NCBI GenBank assembly: GCA_050633305.1
Contig: JBOEGF010000020.1
Coordinates: forward strand, 312 to 64,311
Length of the DNA stretch: 64,000 nt
From: Nannocystales bacterium
GTDB taxonomy: Bacteria > Myxococcota_A > Polyangia > Nannocystales > Nannocystaceae
Direction: 5' to 3'
This document shows positions 9,700-19,583 of this stretch, piece after piece. The first letter of the stretch is position 1. Each line of letters opens with the position of its first letter. The notes under the pieces are model-generated. The model had not been told where the DNA came from, did no database searches, and was given only the letters and a program-made list of their open reading frames with translations. Made by a program: the position numbers and the translations under genes.

Positions 9700-9854
9700 C
9701 AGTTCGATGGTGCCCGAAACCGGGCTCCAGGTCGAGACCCCGAGTCCATGCAAAGCGCGCCCAGATTCTCAGCCGCATGGCGCCCTGCGCCATGGACCTG
9801 ACTCCGACCAGCCGGCCGGCGCGACCGGCCGCGGTCGCTCAACCAGACGATGGC

Positions 9855-12548
9855 CTACCCCCTACCCATCTTGCTCCGCAGCACGTACTGCAGAATCCCG
9901 CCGTGTCGATAGTACTCCACCTCATTCGGAGTATCCACCCGCGCCACGCACTCAAACCTGGTGGTCGTTCCATCCTTCGCCGTAGCCACAACCCGCACCA
10001 TCTGCCCCGGCTTCAACCCCCCAGCAATCCCCGAGGTCTCAAACACCTCCCCCCCAGTCAACCCAAGCTCCTCAACCCCTTCCCCATCCTTAAAGCAAAG
10101 AGGCAACACCCCCATCCCAATCAAGTTACTCCGGTGAATCCGCTCAAAGCTCTTCGTAATCACCGCCTTAACTCCAAGCAAAATCGTCCCCTTAGCCGCC
10201 CAATCCCGCGAGGACCCCGTCCCATACTCAACCCCCCCAAGCACCACCAACGGCACCCCCTCCGCCCGGTACCTCTCCGCCGCATCAAAGATACTCATCT
10301 CCTCCCCACTCGGCTGATGCCGCGTCCACCCGCCCTCCGTCCCCGGCGCCAGCTCATTCCGCAACCGGATGTTCGCAAACGTCCCGCGAATCATCACCTC
10401 GTGGTTCCCGCGCCGACTCCCAAAGCTATTAAAATCCCCAACCTTCACCCCATGCGCCTGCAGATACTTCCCCGCCGGCCCATCCTTCGGAATCGCCCCG
10501 GCCGGCGAGATATGGTCCGTCGTCACCGTATCCCCCAGCTTCGCCAAACACCGCGCCCCTGAAATATCGGCGAGCGCCTCCGGCTCCTTCCCCATGCCCT
10601 CGAAGTACGGCGGGTTGCGAATATACGTGCTGTCCCCCTCCCACGTGTAGCTCTGCCCCTTCGGCGTATCCAGCTTCCGCCAGCTCTCATCCCCCTCAAA
10701 CACAGACGCGTACTGCTCCGCAAACTGATCCTTCCCCAAACACTCCCGCACCAACTCCGACACCTCCTGCGGCGTGGGCCAGATGTCCTTCATGAACACA
10801 TCCTTCCCGTCCGCCCCCTGCCCCACAGGCTCGGAGTACGGGTCCCAGTCCAGATGCCCCTTGAGCGCATACGCGACCACCAGAGGCGGTGAGGCCAGGT
10901 AGTTCGCCCGAATGTTCGGCCCAATCCGCCCCTCGAAGTTCCGGTTCCCCGACAGCACCGACGTGGCAATGAAGTCCCCCTTGTCGATCGCCTCCACAAT
11001 CGGCGCATCCAAGGGCCCACTGTTCCCAATGCACGTGGTGCACCCATACCCCACGGTGTTGAACCCGAGCGCCTCCAGGTCGTCCATCAGCTTCGCGCGC
11101 TCGAGGTAGTCCGTCACCACCCGCGAGCCTGGCGCAAGACTGGTCTTCACCCACGGCTTGGTCTTCAACCCCAGCGCATGCGCCTTGCGAGCCACCAACC
11201 CCGCCGCCACCATCACGCTCGGGTTCGACGTGTTCGTGCACGACGTAATCGCCGCAACCACGACGTTCCCGTCCCCAAACTCAAACGTCTCCCCCTTGTG
11301 CGTCACGGGCACCGTCTTGCCCCGGTCCGCCTCCGCCACCTGCTTCTCCACCAACGCCCGCCACGCCGCCTGCGACTTGGTCAGCTCGATCCGATCCTGC
11401 GGACGCTTCGGCCCGGCAATGCTCGGCACCACCGTCCCCAAGTCCAGCTCCATCGAAGTCGTGAACACGGGGTCCGGCGTGTCCTTGGTGCGGAACAGTC
11501 CCTGTTCCTTGGCATACGCCTCCACCAACTGCACGCTCTCCTCGGGCCGGTTCGTAAACCGCAGATACGCCAGCACCTCATCATCGATCGGGAAGAAGCC
11601 ACACGTGGCCCCATACTCCGGCGACATGTTCGCAATCGTCGCCCTGTCCGGAAGCGACAGGTAGTCCAACCCGGGCCCGTAGAACTCGACGAACTTGCCC
11701 ACAACCCCGTGCGCCCGAAGCATCTGGGTCACGGTCAGCACCATGTCCGTCGCGTTCGCCCCCTCGGGCAGCTTACCGTTGAGCTTGAAGCCCACCACCT
11801 GAGGCACCAGCATCGAGATCGCCTGCCCCAGCATCGCCGCCTCGGCCTCGATGCCGCCAACGCCCCACCCCAGCACCGACAATCCGTTGATCATCGTTGT
11901 GTGCGAGTCGGTCCCCACCAGCGAGTCCGGGTACGCCTGGGTGACGCCGTCCTTCTCCTTAGTCCACACGGTCCGCGCCAGGTACTCGAGGTTCACCTGG
12001 TGAACGATCCCGGTCCCCGGAGGCACGGCGCGAAAGTTTTCGAACGACTCGGCACCCCACCGCAGGAACTGATAGCGCTCGCGGTTGCGCAGGTACTCCA
12101 GCTTCACGTTCAGGTCGAACGCGTTCTCCGACGCATAGTGGTCCACCTGCACCGAGTGGTCGATCACCAGGTCCACCGGCTGCTCGGGGTTGATCTGATC
12201 CGCGCTCCCGCCCAGCGCGACCATCGCGTCCCGCATCGCCGCCAGGTCCACCACCGCGGGCACCCCGGTGAAGTCCTGCAGGACCACCCGCGCGGGGTGA
12301 AACGCAATCTCCACCGAAGGCTCCGCCGCCGCATCCCACCCCGCCACGGCTTCGATGTCGCTCTTGCTGACCGCGTTGCCATCCTCATTGCGCAGCAGGT
12401 TCTCCAACAACACCCGCAGCGAGAACGGCAGCTTGTCCACGTGCCCAATCCCAGCCTTGCTCAGCACATCGAGACGGAAGATCTCGTAGCTCTTGTCGCC
12501 GACGGCGAGGGTGGAACGGGCGCCAAAGGAGTTGTCGTTGTTGCTCAT
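9855..12548 (-). CDS. acnA: aconitate hydratase A
   Basis: [63 protein letters not shown] motifs; ATG at 12548 ([10 protein letters not shown]). Confidence 0.98.
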   Translation of the reverse strand: MSNNDNSFGARSTLAVGDKSYEIFRLDVLSKAGIGHVDKLPFSLRVLLENLLRNEDGNAVSKSDIEAVAGWDAAAEPSVEIAFHPARVVLQDFTGVPAVVDLAAMRDAMVALGGSADQINPEQPVDLVIDHSVQVDHYASENAFDLNVKLEYLRNRERYQFLRWGAESFENFRAVPPGTGIVHQVNLEYLARTVWTKEKDGVTQAYPDSLVGTDSHTTMINGLSVLGWGVGGIEAEAAMLGQAISMLVPQVVGFKLNGKLPEGANATDMVLTVTQMLRAHGVVGKFVEFYGPGLDYLSLPDRATIANMSPEYGATCGFFPIDDEVLAYLRFTNRPEESVQLVEAYAKEQGLFRTKDTPDPVFTTSMELDLGTVVPSIAGPKRPQDRIELTKSQAAWRALVEKQVAEADRGKTVPVTHKGETFEFGDGNVVVAAITSCTNTSNPSVMVAAGLVARKAHALGLKTKPWVKTSLAPGSRVVTDYLERAKLMDDLEALGFNTVGYGCTTCIGNSGPLDAPIVEAIDKGDFIATSVLSGNRNFEGRIGPNIRANYLASPPLVVAYALKGHLDWDPYSEPVGQGADGKDVFMKDIWPTPQEVSELVRECLGKDQFAEQYASVFEGDESWRKLDTPKGQSYTWEGDSTYIRNPPYFEGMGKEPEALADISGARCLAKLGDTVTTDHISPAGAIPKDGPAGKYLQAHGVKVGDFNSFGSRRGNHEVMIRGTFANIRLRNELAPGTEGGWTRHQPSGEEMSIFDAAERYRAEGVPLVVLGGVEYGTGSSRDWAAKGTILLGVKAVITKSFERIHRSNLIGMGVLPLCFKDGEGVEELGLTGGEVFETSGIAGGLKPGQMVRVVATAKDGTTTRFECVARVDTPNEVEYYRHGGILQYVLRSKMGRG

Positions 12549-12852
12549 CGGATGTGCGTCCACGCGCGGCCCAACGGAAGGGCCTGCAGGCCCGCAAATC
12601 CTGGCACCAGGAACAAGTCCGGGCAACTCACAGGCGCGGACTCAGCGTCAGTCGCCAGCAGACACGCCGCGGTACGTTTCACGCGACGGGGCAGGTGTCC
12701 GGGACACCGATCGGTTCGGCGGCCTGCGTGGTGATGGCAGGCTTTCTGTCCGGATGTGGGCCGCAGAGCTGCGGGTGCGGAGCCCACCTGCACGAGGGCT
12801 GCGCGTGCCGATGCGCGGACGGTCCCGTCAGGCGGGAGTCCCTTGGCCTCGA

Positions 12853-13782
12853 TCAGGCGTCGGACCAGCAGCGATAGCGCAGCGTCTGACCGCCAATCTC
12901 CAACGACTGCATCCCGGTGAAGCTGGGCCCAACCATGGTGTTGCCCGGCGGACCTGACACGCCGAACTGGTAGAGCGTGTGCACTGTGGGCATCGTGGTC
13001 GCGTCTGCGGAGTCGCTGGCGTCGACGATCAGCGCGCTGCCTTCGTACCGCGACGCCATGGAGTGCACGGAGAAGACGAACGGGGCGAGCGCGGTGAGTT
13101 CGTGGTCACCACCGGGCTTCACGGTGAACGTCTCGGGGCCCAGCAGCTTGCCGCCCATCGTGGTCGCGCTCGCCTCACACGAGACGGAGGCGGTGGGCAG
13201 CTCGGGGGGCGCCAAGACGATCTCCCCGGCATCGTCCACGGGCGGCGGCGGTGGGTCATCGCCCGGCAGGGAGTCCATCTCGGCGTCGAAGCCCGGGCCC
13301 GCCGCGCCACACCAGTACTGCAGCTCAGCACCCGCATCGTCGGTCAGATACTGCAACCCGGTAAACCCATGCCCAGCCTCGGTCATGCGCTCGGGGGTGC
13401 CGTCGAAGACATGCTCCGACGTGAGCGCCGAGTCGCCCATGCGGATCTCCAGCTCGAGCCGAGGCTTGCCGGTCCAATCCGAGGTGGCGGCGACCTCGAA
13501 GCCGTGCAGCTCGACCCGCCGGGTGCCGGATCGGACGGCGAGGGTCTCGGTATGCGAGTGGTCGTGGGCAACGCTCTTGCGCCAGAAGAACGAGCACGCA
13601 AAGTGCGGCTCGTCGGGGGGTTCGGCGGACGCCTCCGCGGTGTCCACAACACCCGCGGGCGGAGGCACTGGTGGCTTCGACCCCGAGCAGGCGCTGAGGG
13701 TCGCAGCAGTGGCGAGGGAAGCAACGCGAAGGCTCATGCATCCCCGAACGGAGCGAACCCGGCGATGCTTACGGCAGCTCAT
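12853..13782 (-). CDS. lipoprotein with two tandem copies of an unknown ~100-aa domain
   Basis: Lipobox LSAC; repeated FTG[LM]QxL...L[QR]Y[WR]C motif; ATGA overlap with the upstream gene. Confidence 0.75.
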   Translation of the reverse strand: MSCRKHRRVRSVRGCMSLRVASLATAATLSACSGSKPPVPPPAGVVDTAEASAEPPDEPHFACSFFWRKSVAHDHSHTETLAVRSGTRRVELHGFEVAATSDWTGKPRLELEIRMGDSALTSEHVFDGTPERMTEAGHGFTGLQYLTDDAGAELQYWCGAAGPGFDAEMDSLPGDDPPPPPVDDAGEIVLAPPELPTASVSCEASATTMGGKLLGPETFTVKPGGDHELTALAPFVFSVHSMASRYEGSALIVDASDSADATTMPTVHTLYQFGVSGPPGNTMVGPSFTGMQSLEIGGQTLRYRCWSDA

Positions 13783-15404
13783 AGGTCGAAGTGCACCACA
13801 ATGGCATCACCGTTGCCAGACGCGTAGGTGCTGGCATCGAAGGGCCAATCGAGGGCGTCTCCCATCGAGCCTGCGAGAAGGACGACATCGTCGTTGGCAC
13901 GCATGAGGCTGTATTGACGCGCGCTGTTCGGGTCCGCAAACTGGGCATCGAACACGCCGCCGCTTCCGTCGGCGGAGTGGGTACGAAGGGAGAGTTCGCG
14001 GTCGGAGACGCGATACACGAGGGCCTGGTTGGCGGAGAACCGGGCGAGTTCGGCTTCCTCGTCCCGCATCCAGCCAAGGGCCTCGCCCCAGGCGTAGGTT
14101 CCGTCGGACTCGAAGGCAGCGATGTAGGCATCGTAGTTGGTGCCCACAAGGTCGCGCTCCTGTTCGTCATACGGGAAGACGTTGCCGAAGCTGGACCCGC
14201 CCAGCTCGACGGTGCTGAGGAAGGGGCCGGATACGATGGCACGGCCACTGGCGTCGACGAGGAGGTCTGTGGCGTAGACAAGACCCTGGCCGCCGATCGG
14301 TGCGGACCACAAAAGATCTCCGGTTTCGGACAACCGGACCAGCAACGCTTGCTCGCCGACGGAGTCGTGGATGGGGTTGATCGGGCCTGTCCCGAAATCG
14401 ACGGCGGCGGTGTGGTCGAGGAAGACGTAGGTGTTGCCGTCGTCGTGGACCGCGACAGCCTTACCGCGGCCCGCCTCTGCACCGTCGGCGGTGGAGTCCT
14501 CCAACAGCGTCATGCCGAACAACAGCGCTCCGTCGGGATCATACTTGGCAACGAAGCCATCGCTGATAGCCGCCGGCAGCATCCCGTCACCAAAGTCGAC
14601 GCCGTCGCGAACGGTGCCGACAATGGCGAGGTTCCCCGCTGTATCGCAATGCGCATCGGCCACGGTGACATGCCCGTTGGGGCCCATGACGTCGAAGGTG
14701 TGGCTCCACTGCAGGGTTCCATCGGGGCCAAAGCGCGCGATGAACTCGCCTTCCTCGAAGGATCCGTCGGCAAAGTCGGCTGGTCCGCCCGAGGCACCTC
14801 CTGTGATCACGAAGTCGTCGCCGCAGTGCGCAAGATTCCGGAGGACGACGTGCTCTTCGGACGTGAAGTACCGGCTCCACATCAGCTCGCCCGCAGCGTC
14901 GTAGCGGAGCAGTAACGCGTTGGTCAGACCGGTATGTGTGTACTGCTCCTCGCCGAACTCCCAGACAGGCAATGGCTCGCCGGACAGGGCTCGGGACTCA
15001 ATGCCCACGAGCATCTCCCCCGACGGCGTGATCTCAAGAACGTCGATGCGCTCGGTCGCTCCCGTACCGCAGACCAACGCCCACGCGTGTGGGTCACCCG
15101 GGTCCGCAGCAATCCGCTCGCATCCGCCAATGCTCTCGGTCTCCCCCTCGGTCTCCCCAGCCTCGGTCTCGCCCACCTCGGTATCGGCCTCGGTGTCCGC
15201 CGCGGTCTCCTCCGTCTCCGCGGCAGTCTCACCACCTTCGGTGTCGGCGACGGTGCCCTCGGTCCCACCCACGGCCTCGGTTTCGCCGGGGACATCTCCG
15301 AGGTCGGCACCGTCGACACACGCACCGATCATCAGCGCGGTGCACAGCAGCCCGTGCCGAAGTGAGGAGGATCGAGTCGCGGCGGTCAAGCTAGTCTGAA
15401 TCAT
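13779..15404 (-). CDS. lipoprotein with Thr/Glu-rich linker and beta-propeller (SBBP-like) repeats
   Basis: MIGAC lipobox, (ETEA)n linker, repeats such as FVAKYDPDGALL, FIARFGPDGTLQW, YIAAFESDGTYAW. Confidence 0.85.
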   Translation of the reverse strand: MIQTSLTAATRSSSLRHGLLCTALMIGACVDGADLGDVPGETEAVGGTEGTVADTEGGETAAETEETAADTEADTEVGETEAGETEGETESIGGCERIAADPGDPHAWALVCGTGATERIDVLEITPSGEMLVGIESRALSGEPLPVWEFGEEQYTHTGLTNALLLRYDAAGELMWSRYFTSEEHVVLRNLAHCGDDFVITGGASGGPADFADGSFEEGEFIARFGPDGTLQWSHTFDVMGPNGHVTVADAHCDTAGNLAIVGTVRDGVDFGDGMLPAAISDGFVAKYDPDGALLFGMTLLEDSTADGAEAGRGKAVAVHDDGNTYVFLDHTAAVDFGTGPINPIHDSVGEQALLVRLSETGDLLWSAPIGGQGLVYATDLLVDASGRAIVSGPFLSTVELGGSSFGNVFPYDEQERDLVGTNYDAYIAAFESDGTYAWGEALGWMRDEEAELARFSANQALVYRVSDRELSLRTHSADGSGGVFDAQFADPNSARQYSLMRANDDVVLLAGSMGDALDWPFDASTYASGNGDAIVVHFDL

Positions 15405-15436
15405 GCTCGTGGGTTGCCGCCGGAGGCGACCCCACG

Positions 15437-16174
15437 TCACGGTTTTTTCGTACACGCGGAGGAAATCCGCTTGGCGACCGCGGGGGCGGCGGTTTTCGTC
15501 ACGACTTCGAGCTCTCGGAGGTCGGTGGGTCGTCCCAAGACACAGCGGGCTGCAAGCGCGGCCCCCCGCGCTTCGAGGCCCAATGCGCCCCCCTTGAAAC
15601 GAACGCCGTGCGCCTGCGCGATCGACAACGCGCGCTTTGCATCGCCGCGGTCGAGCGCCTTCCACATCGAGCCGACCGATCGCGCCTCTTCGGCCAGGGT
15701 GCTCGCAGACGGCCGCGCAACAACAGGTGCAGGTGCAGGCGCGGACGTGATCTGGGCTCTGGAGGCAGGCGAGACGGGCACGGGCGCACGTTCGGGCGCG
15801 GCCACGGGGGCCACGGGCGCCACATCCACTGCGGGCATGACAGCGCGCTCCGGCGCAATCGCAGCGGTCTCGGCGAGGACAGGCTCGGCAGAGACGTGGG
15901 GCTCGACGGACGGCACTTCACTGGGAGTCGACCAGCGTGCGACCCCAACCGCCGCCACCGAGGCCAGCACCACCCCGCCCGCGACCTTGAGCGCCAGGCC
16001 AACCCCTTTCGCCCCCGCAACCTCGGCAGCACCGGGCAAGTCCGACCCCCCACCGCCTCCGCCATCCAAGCTCCCCGCGAAGGCAGCCCACGCCTGATCC
16101 TCGGCACCCGGCGGGGGAAGGTCCTGCGCTTTGGCAGTGGCGATGAGGGCATCGAGTGCGTCGTCGTGGCTCAT
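15437..16174 (-). CDS. putative membrane-anchored anti-sigma factor
   Basis: Start overlaps the ECF sigma stop; single TM (LKVAGGVVLASVAAVGVA), Pro/Ala linker, C-terminal TPR-like LAEEA...ALDRGD...ARCVLG. Confidence 0.75.
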   Translation of the reverse strand: MSHDDALDALIATAKAQDLPPPGAEDQAWAAFAGSLDGGGGGGSDLPGAAEVAGAKGVGLALKVAGGVVLASVAAVGVARWSTPSEVPSVEPHVSAEPVLAETAAIAPERAVMPAVDVAPVAPVAAPERAPVPVSPASRAQITSAPAPAPVVARPSASTLAEEARSVGSMWKALDRGDAKRALSIAQAHGVRFKGGALGLEARGAALAARCVLGRPTDLRELEVVTKTAAPAVAKRISSACTKKP

Positions 16175-16749
16175 GCGGTCTCCCGTTCTCGGCGGGCACG
16201 CATGCGGCGAACCTCGATGGTGATGCGCTCCCGGGCCAACCGAAGGCGCGAGTGCACGGTGTTGACGCTGACGCCCAGCTGGGCAGCAACGTCCTTGGCG
16301 GGAACGTCCTCGAGCTCGAGCAACACAAACACGTCGCGCTTGTCGGGGTCGAGTTTGGAGACCAACCGATCGAGCAGATCGACGGCTGCGTGGTGGGTCG
16401 CGAGGTCGGACCGAGGGGGCGCCACCATCATCGCGCCGCCGGCCTGGTGGCGCTTGGCACGACGCGCCTGGGAGCGCTGATGCATGCGCGCCCGGTTCGC
16501 GGCCACCCCGTACAGCCACGTCTTGAGCGAGGACCGACCCTCGAAGCGCGCCCGGTCCTGGTACGCGGCGAGGAACACCTCCTGCACCACGTCGTCGAGC
16601 TCGGCCGGGCCCACGCCGCAGCGACGCACCGACCGCCACACGAAGGCGTAGTGCGCCCGGAAGAACGCCCGAAACGACTCGGGCGCACCGGGCGCGGCTG
16701 ACTTGGCGTGGGGCACCTGCCCCCTTGTTGCCGCACCGACGGCCACCAC
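16171..16749 (-). CDS. ECF RNA polymerase sigma-70 factor
   Basis: Region 2 DDVVQEVFL...FEGRSSLKTWLYGVA; region 4 VAAQLGVSVNTVHSRLRLAR. Confidence 0.93.
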   Translation of the reverse strand: MVAVGAATRGQVPHAKSAAPGAPESFRAFFRAHYAFVWRSVRRCGVGPAELDDVVQEVFLAAYQDRARFEGRSSLKTWLYGVAANRARMHQRSQARRAKRHQAGGAMMVAPPRSDLATHHAAVDLLDRLVSKLDPDKRDVFVLLELEDVPAKDVAAQLGVSVNTVHSRLRLARERITIEVRRMRARRERETA

Positions 16750-16770
16750 GTCACGAAAGATACCCGGAGC

Positions 16771-17772
16771 TCAGAAAACCAGCTCGACGCCAGCACGGAC
16801 CCGCACAGAGGCCAACGAGGGCGCAAACACCTCGTCTCGCTCCGCGGTGGCGTGAAAGTCGGGACGCTTCACGCCCAGCTGCAGTTCCGGCATCAGCCAC
16901 ACAGAGACTCGGGGGTGCACGGCAGCGCGCAGCGACGGCGACACCAGCACGGCGATCCAGGGCAACGCTGCGTCGGAGCCATCGTCGAGGCCGACGGAGG
17001 CTGCCCGAACCTGACCGCCTTCGAGCCCGGCACACAGCGGCAGCGCAAGCCACGAGGTCAACGGCAGCACGCCGCAGGCCCGCCCAGCCACGGACCATCC
17101 CAGAAGGTCGGCGCCCGAGCTCGGACTACGATCCAGCCGAGCGCTGCGCGGCAGGCCGACGAGGCCCTCGAGCTCCGCGGCCCACCATCGGCGGCCGATC
17201 GTGGCCGCGATTCCAAGGTCGCCACCCACAGGCAGCCATCCGATGCCCACGCCCCCGGAAAGACGCAACCCATACCGAAGTGACGCCGTTGGACCGCTTC
17301 GCACGACGAAATCCGGCGGTGTTTCGAGGGGCTCCGAACGTGGAACGGCCACCGGTTCGGGCTCGGGCTCGTCTGCGGCATCGACGGGTGGCTCGACCTC
17401 GGGCGCCGGGGCGGGGGCGGGCTCAGCCTCAGCCTCGACCTCGGGGGCTTCAGTCTCGACGTCGGGGTCCACGGCGAGAGCGGTGAGCACCGCTGCGGTC
17501 TCAGCCAAACCTTCACAATCCGCGTCCTCGAACTCGCGCGTCTGACTGTCGCCGTGGGTATCGATTGTGGTGAGCACGAGCTGCCAGCCACCCCCCGGGC
17601 GCGCGGTGACGTCGGCCTGAGCACGAACGCTTTGTGGTGGATCCGCGTCGCCGAGGTATCGCTGGACCCGCGCCCGCACGTTCGGTTCGGAGGGACACTG
17701 GTCCGGCGCGTTCCAATGGAAGTCGACCGGATCGGCGAGCACGCTCACCATGGCGATGACTGAACCCAGCAT
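16771..17772 (-). CDS. secreted/outer-membrane protein typical of myxobacterial ECF clusters
   Basis: N-terminal WNAPDQCP...DCEGLAETAAVLTALAVDP domain; C-terminal beta strands ending in terminal Phe (GVELVF). Confidence 0.75.
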   Translation of the reverse strand: MLGSVIAMVSVLADPVDFHWNAPDQCPSEPNVRARVQRYLGDADPPQSVRAQADVTARPGGGWQLVLTTIDTHGDSQTREFEDADCEGLAETAAVLTALAVDPDVETEAPEVEAEAEPAPAPAPEVEPPVDAADEPEPEPVAVPRSEPLETPPDFVVRSGPTASLRYGLRLSGGVGIGWLPVGGDLGIAATIGRRWWAAELEGLVGLPRSARLDRSPSSGADLLGWSVAGRACGVLPLTSWLALPLCAGLEGGQVRAASVGLDDGSDAALPWIAVLVSPSLRAAVHPRVSVWLMPELQLGVKRPDFHATAERDEVFAPSLASVRVRAGVELVF

Positions 17773-17862
17773 TCGAGCGTCGGCGCGACGGTAACAGGCA
17801 TCGCATGCGCCCGTTGCCCACCGCGCACGACCCGGTCTTCGGATCCGGCCCGCTTCGCGCCG

Positions 17863-18492
17863 TCAGTTGGCGGGTGCGGGGGCGGGAGCGGGTGCGGGAG
17901 CGACGACGGAAGGATCGGGTTCGGAGGGAACGGGGCCCGATGCGTCGGTGCTGGCGACCATGCCGAACATGACGAGGGCGCACGTCTTCGCCATCGCGCC
18001 CCCGCATCCCTCGTGTGCCATCGCGGGAGCCCCGGGGCCGGGCGCCGGATCCACAGTCACGCGGCCGTCTTCATGAAACACCATGGTGGCGGACTGATCG
18101 CCAACCCGAAGGGTGCCTCCGTCGTCGCCCACGGTCAGTCCGGTGACCTCGCCGCGGCTCATGACGGAGCCGTCTTCTTGCACCTCCATCATGACCGAGC
18201 CGTCGGGCAGGGTCAGCTTGCCGTCGTTCGAGAGCGTGGCGACGACCTCTCCGCCGAAGCTCACCGAACCGTCGGCAGCGATCACGACGGCCTCGGCGGG
18301 CTTGTCGGTCTCGAACAGCCTCGCGTCGGCCAACGCCAACACCCCCGCGGGCTCCGGCGGAGCGGACTCGGGCACCTCGGCGGCAGGTGCCTCGACCGGG
18401 GTGGCGGTGGCGGGGATGTCCTTGCCATCGCATGCGGCGAGGGTTGCGGTGGCAAGGACCAAAGCGGCGAGCACGGTCGCGGAGCGGCGCAT
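17863..18492 (-). CDS. lipoprotein, hypothetical
   Basis: Lipobox LAAC; DG[SK]V-type beta repeats. Confidence 0.75.
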   Translation of the reverse strand: MRRSATVLAALVLATATLAACDGKDIPATATPVEAPAAEVPESAPPEPAGVLALADARLFETDKPAEAVVIAADGSVSFGGEVVATLSNDGKLTLPDGSVMMEVQEDGSVMSRGEVTGLTVGDDGGTLRVGDQSATMVFHEDGRVTVDPAPGPGAPAMAHEGCGGAMAKTCALVMFGMVASTDASGPVPSEPDPSVVAPAPAPAPAPAN

Positions 18493-18539
18493 GCGGCAAG
18501 CCTACTGCATGTCCGAGTCGCGCACGGCCGCCCCCACGC

Positions 18540-19508
18540 TCACGGAGAGAGTTCGGTCGCAACGCGGCCGCTGTTCTCGGTGAACGACCGCAGGGAGGGG
18601 TTCCGGAGGTTCAAGGCGGCATCGAGGAACCCGGCGTCCTCGTGAAGGCTGTCGAACGCGGCCTCGTCACGCATCTCTCCAGAGAAGAGGATGTCGAAGT
18701 CGAACGCACCGTCGAGAAGCTCCTCGGCCTGCAAGGTGGCTGCAAACGTGGTCTCCAGCTCCATGTGCAAGGGACCGGCGACGCCGAAGAACGCGTTGAT
18801 GTTGTCGACGACATCCGGGTTGGGGAGGAAACCGACGGCGTTGAGGACGACGATGGCGGGCGGCTGAGGCCTCAAGGGCGCATCCCCAAGCAGCGGGAAC
18901 GACGGAAGACCGGGTTGAGCGGGTTGCACCGACATGACCACTCGTGTGACCTCGGTGAGCTGCGAGGCGAGGTCTCGCCGGGCGGAGGACACTGCGCGGA
19001 GGGACGAGAAGGCGTCGAGCGAGTCGCGGTCTTCGAACTCGGTCAGGAGCACCCACTCGCCGGGAAACGGCACGGTGACGTCCGGCATGGCGGCGTTGGG
19101 GAGCTCGGGGCCGACCTCGATGGGGGCGGCCAACCATCGGGCCCCCTCATCCTCCGTGGCGGACTCGGTCGCGGCCATGTAGGCGGTGAGGACCTCGGGC
19201 GTGACGGCATCGTGAAGCGAGAAAACCTCCATGAGGATCCGCCGTTCGTCGGCCGGAGGGTCGCCTGTGCTCGATTCGCCTTGGGTGTCGGTTTGCTCGC
19301 CACTGCTTTGCGACGCGGACGTGGCTGAGGACGTTGAGGTCTCCGTTCCGGATGGTCCGGTGGTGGAACTGGTGGCGGTGGACGCGGCGGATCCGCTAGG
19401 GCTGGTCGACCCCTCGGAGTCATCGCCGCATGCAGCCGCGCAAAGCGAGAGTCCAAACAGGGCGAGGAGACCGCGACAAGGGGCCATGGCGTTGGTTGTG
19501 GTGTTCAT
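18540..19508 (-). CDS. lipoprotein with two DUF1330/EthD-like (dimeric alpha+beta barrel) domains
   Basis: Lipobox AAAC, Ser/Thr linker, WVLLTEFEDRDSLDAF and FSGEMRDEAAFDSL motifs; divergent from a LysR gene. Confidence 0.7.
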   Translation of the reverse strand: MNTTTNAMAPCRGLLALFGLSLCAAACGDDSEGSTSPSGSAASTATSSTTGPSGTETSTSSATSASQSSGEQTDTQGESSTGDPPADERRILMEVFSLHDAVTPEVLTAYMAATESATEDEGARWLAAPIEVGPELPNAAMPDVTVPFPGEWVLLTEFEDRDSLDAFSSLRAVSSARRDLASQLTEVTRVVMSVQPAQPGLPSFPLLGDAPLRPQPPAIVVLNAVGFLPNPDVVDNINAFFGVAGPLHMELETTFAATLQAEELLDGAFDFDILFSGEMRDEAAFDSLHEDAGFLDAALNLRNPSLRSFTENSGRVATELSP

Positions 19509-19583
19509 GCGTGGTGTGCTCACCAACCATTCGCCGTCCAACCACCAGCGTTATGCCCCGCTTTCGACCATAATGGTCCATCA

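Noticed and set aside
9777..12734. Long plus-strand ORFs (261 aa and 518 aa) opposite acnA
   Set aside because: Antisense shadows of a high-GC gene, rich in Pro/Arg/His because of codon bias
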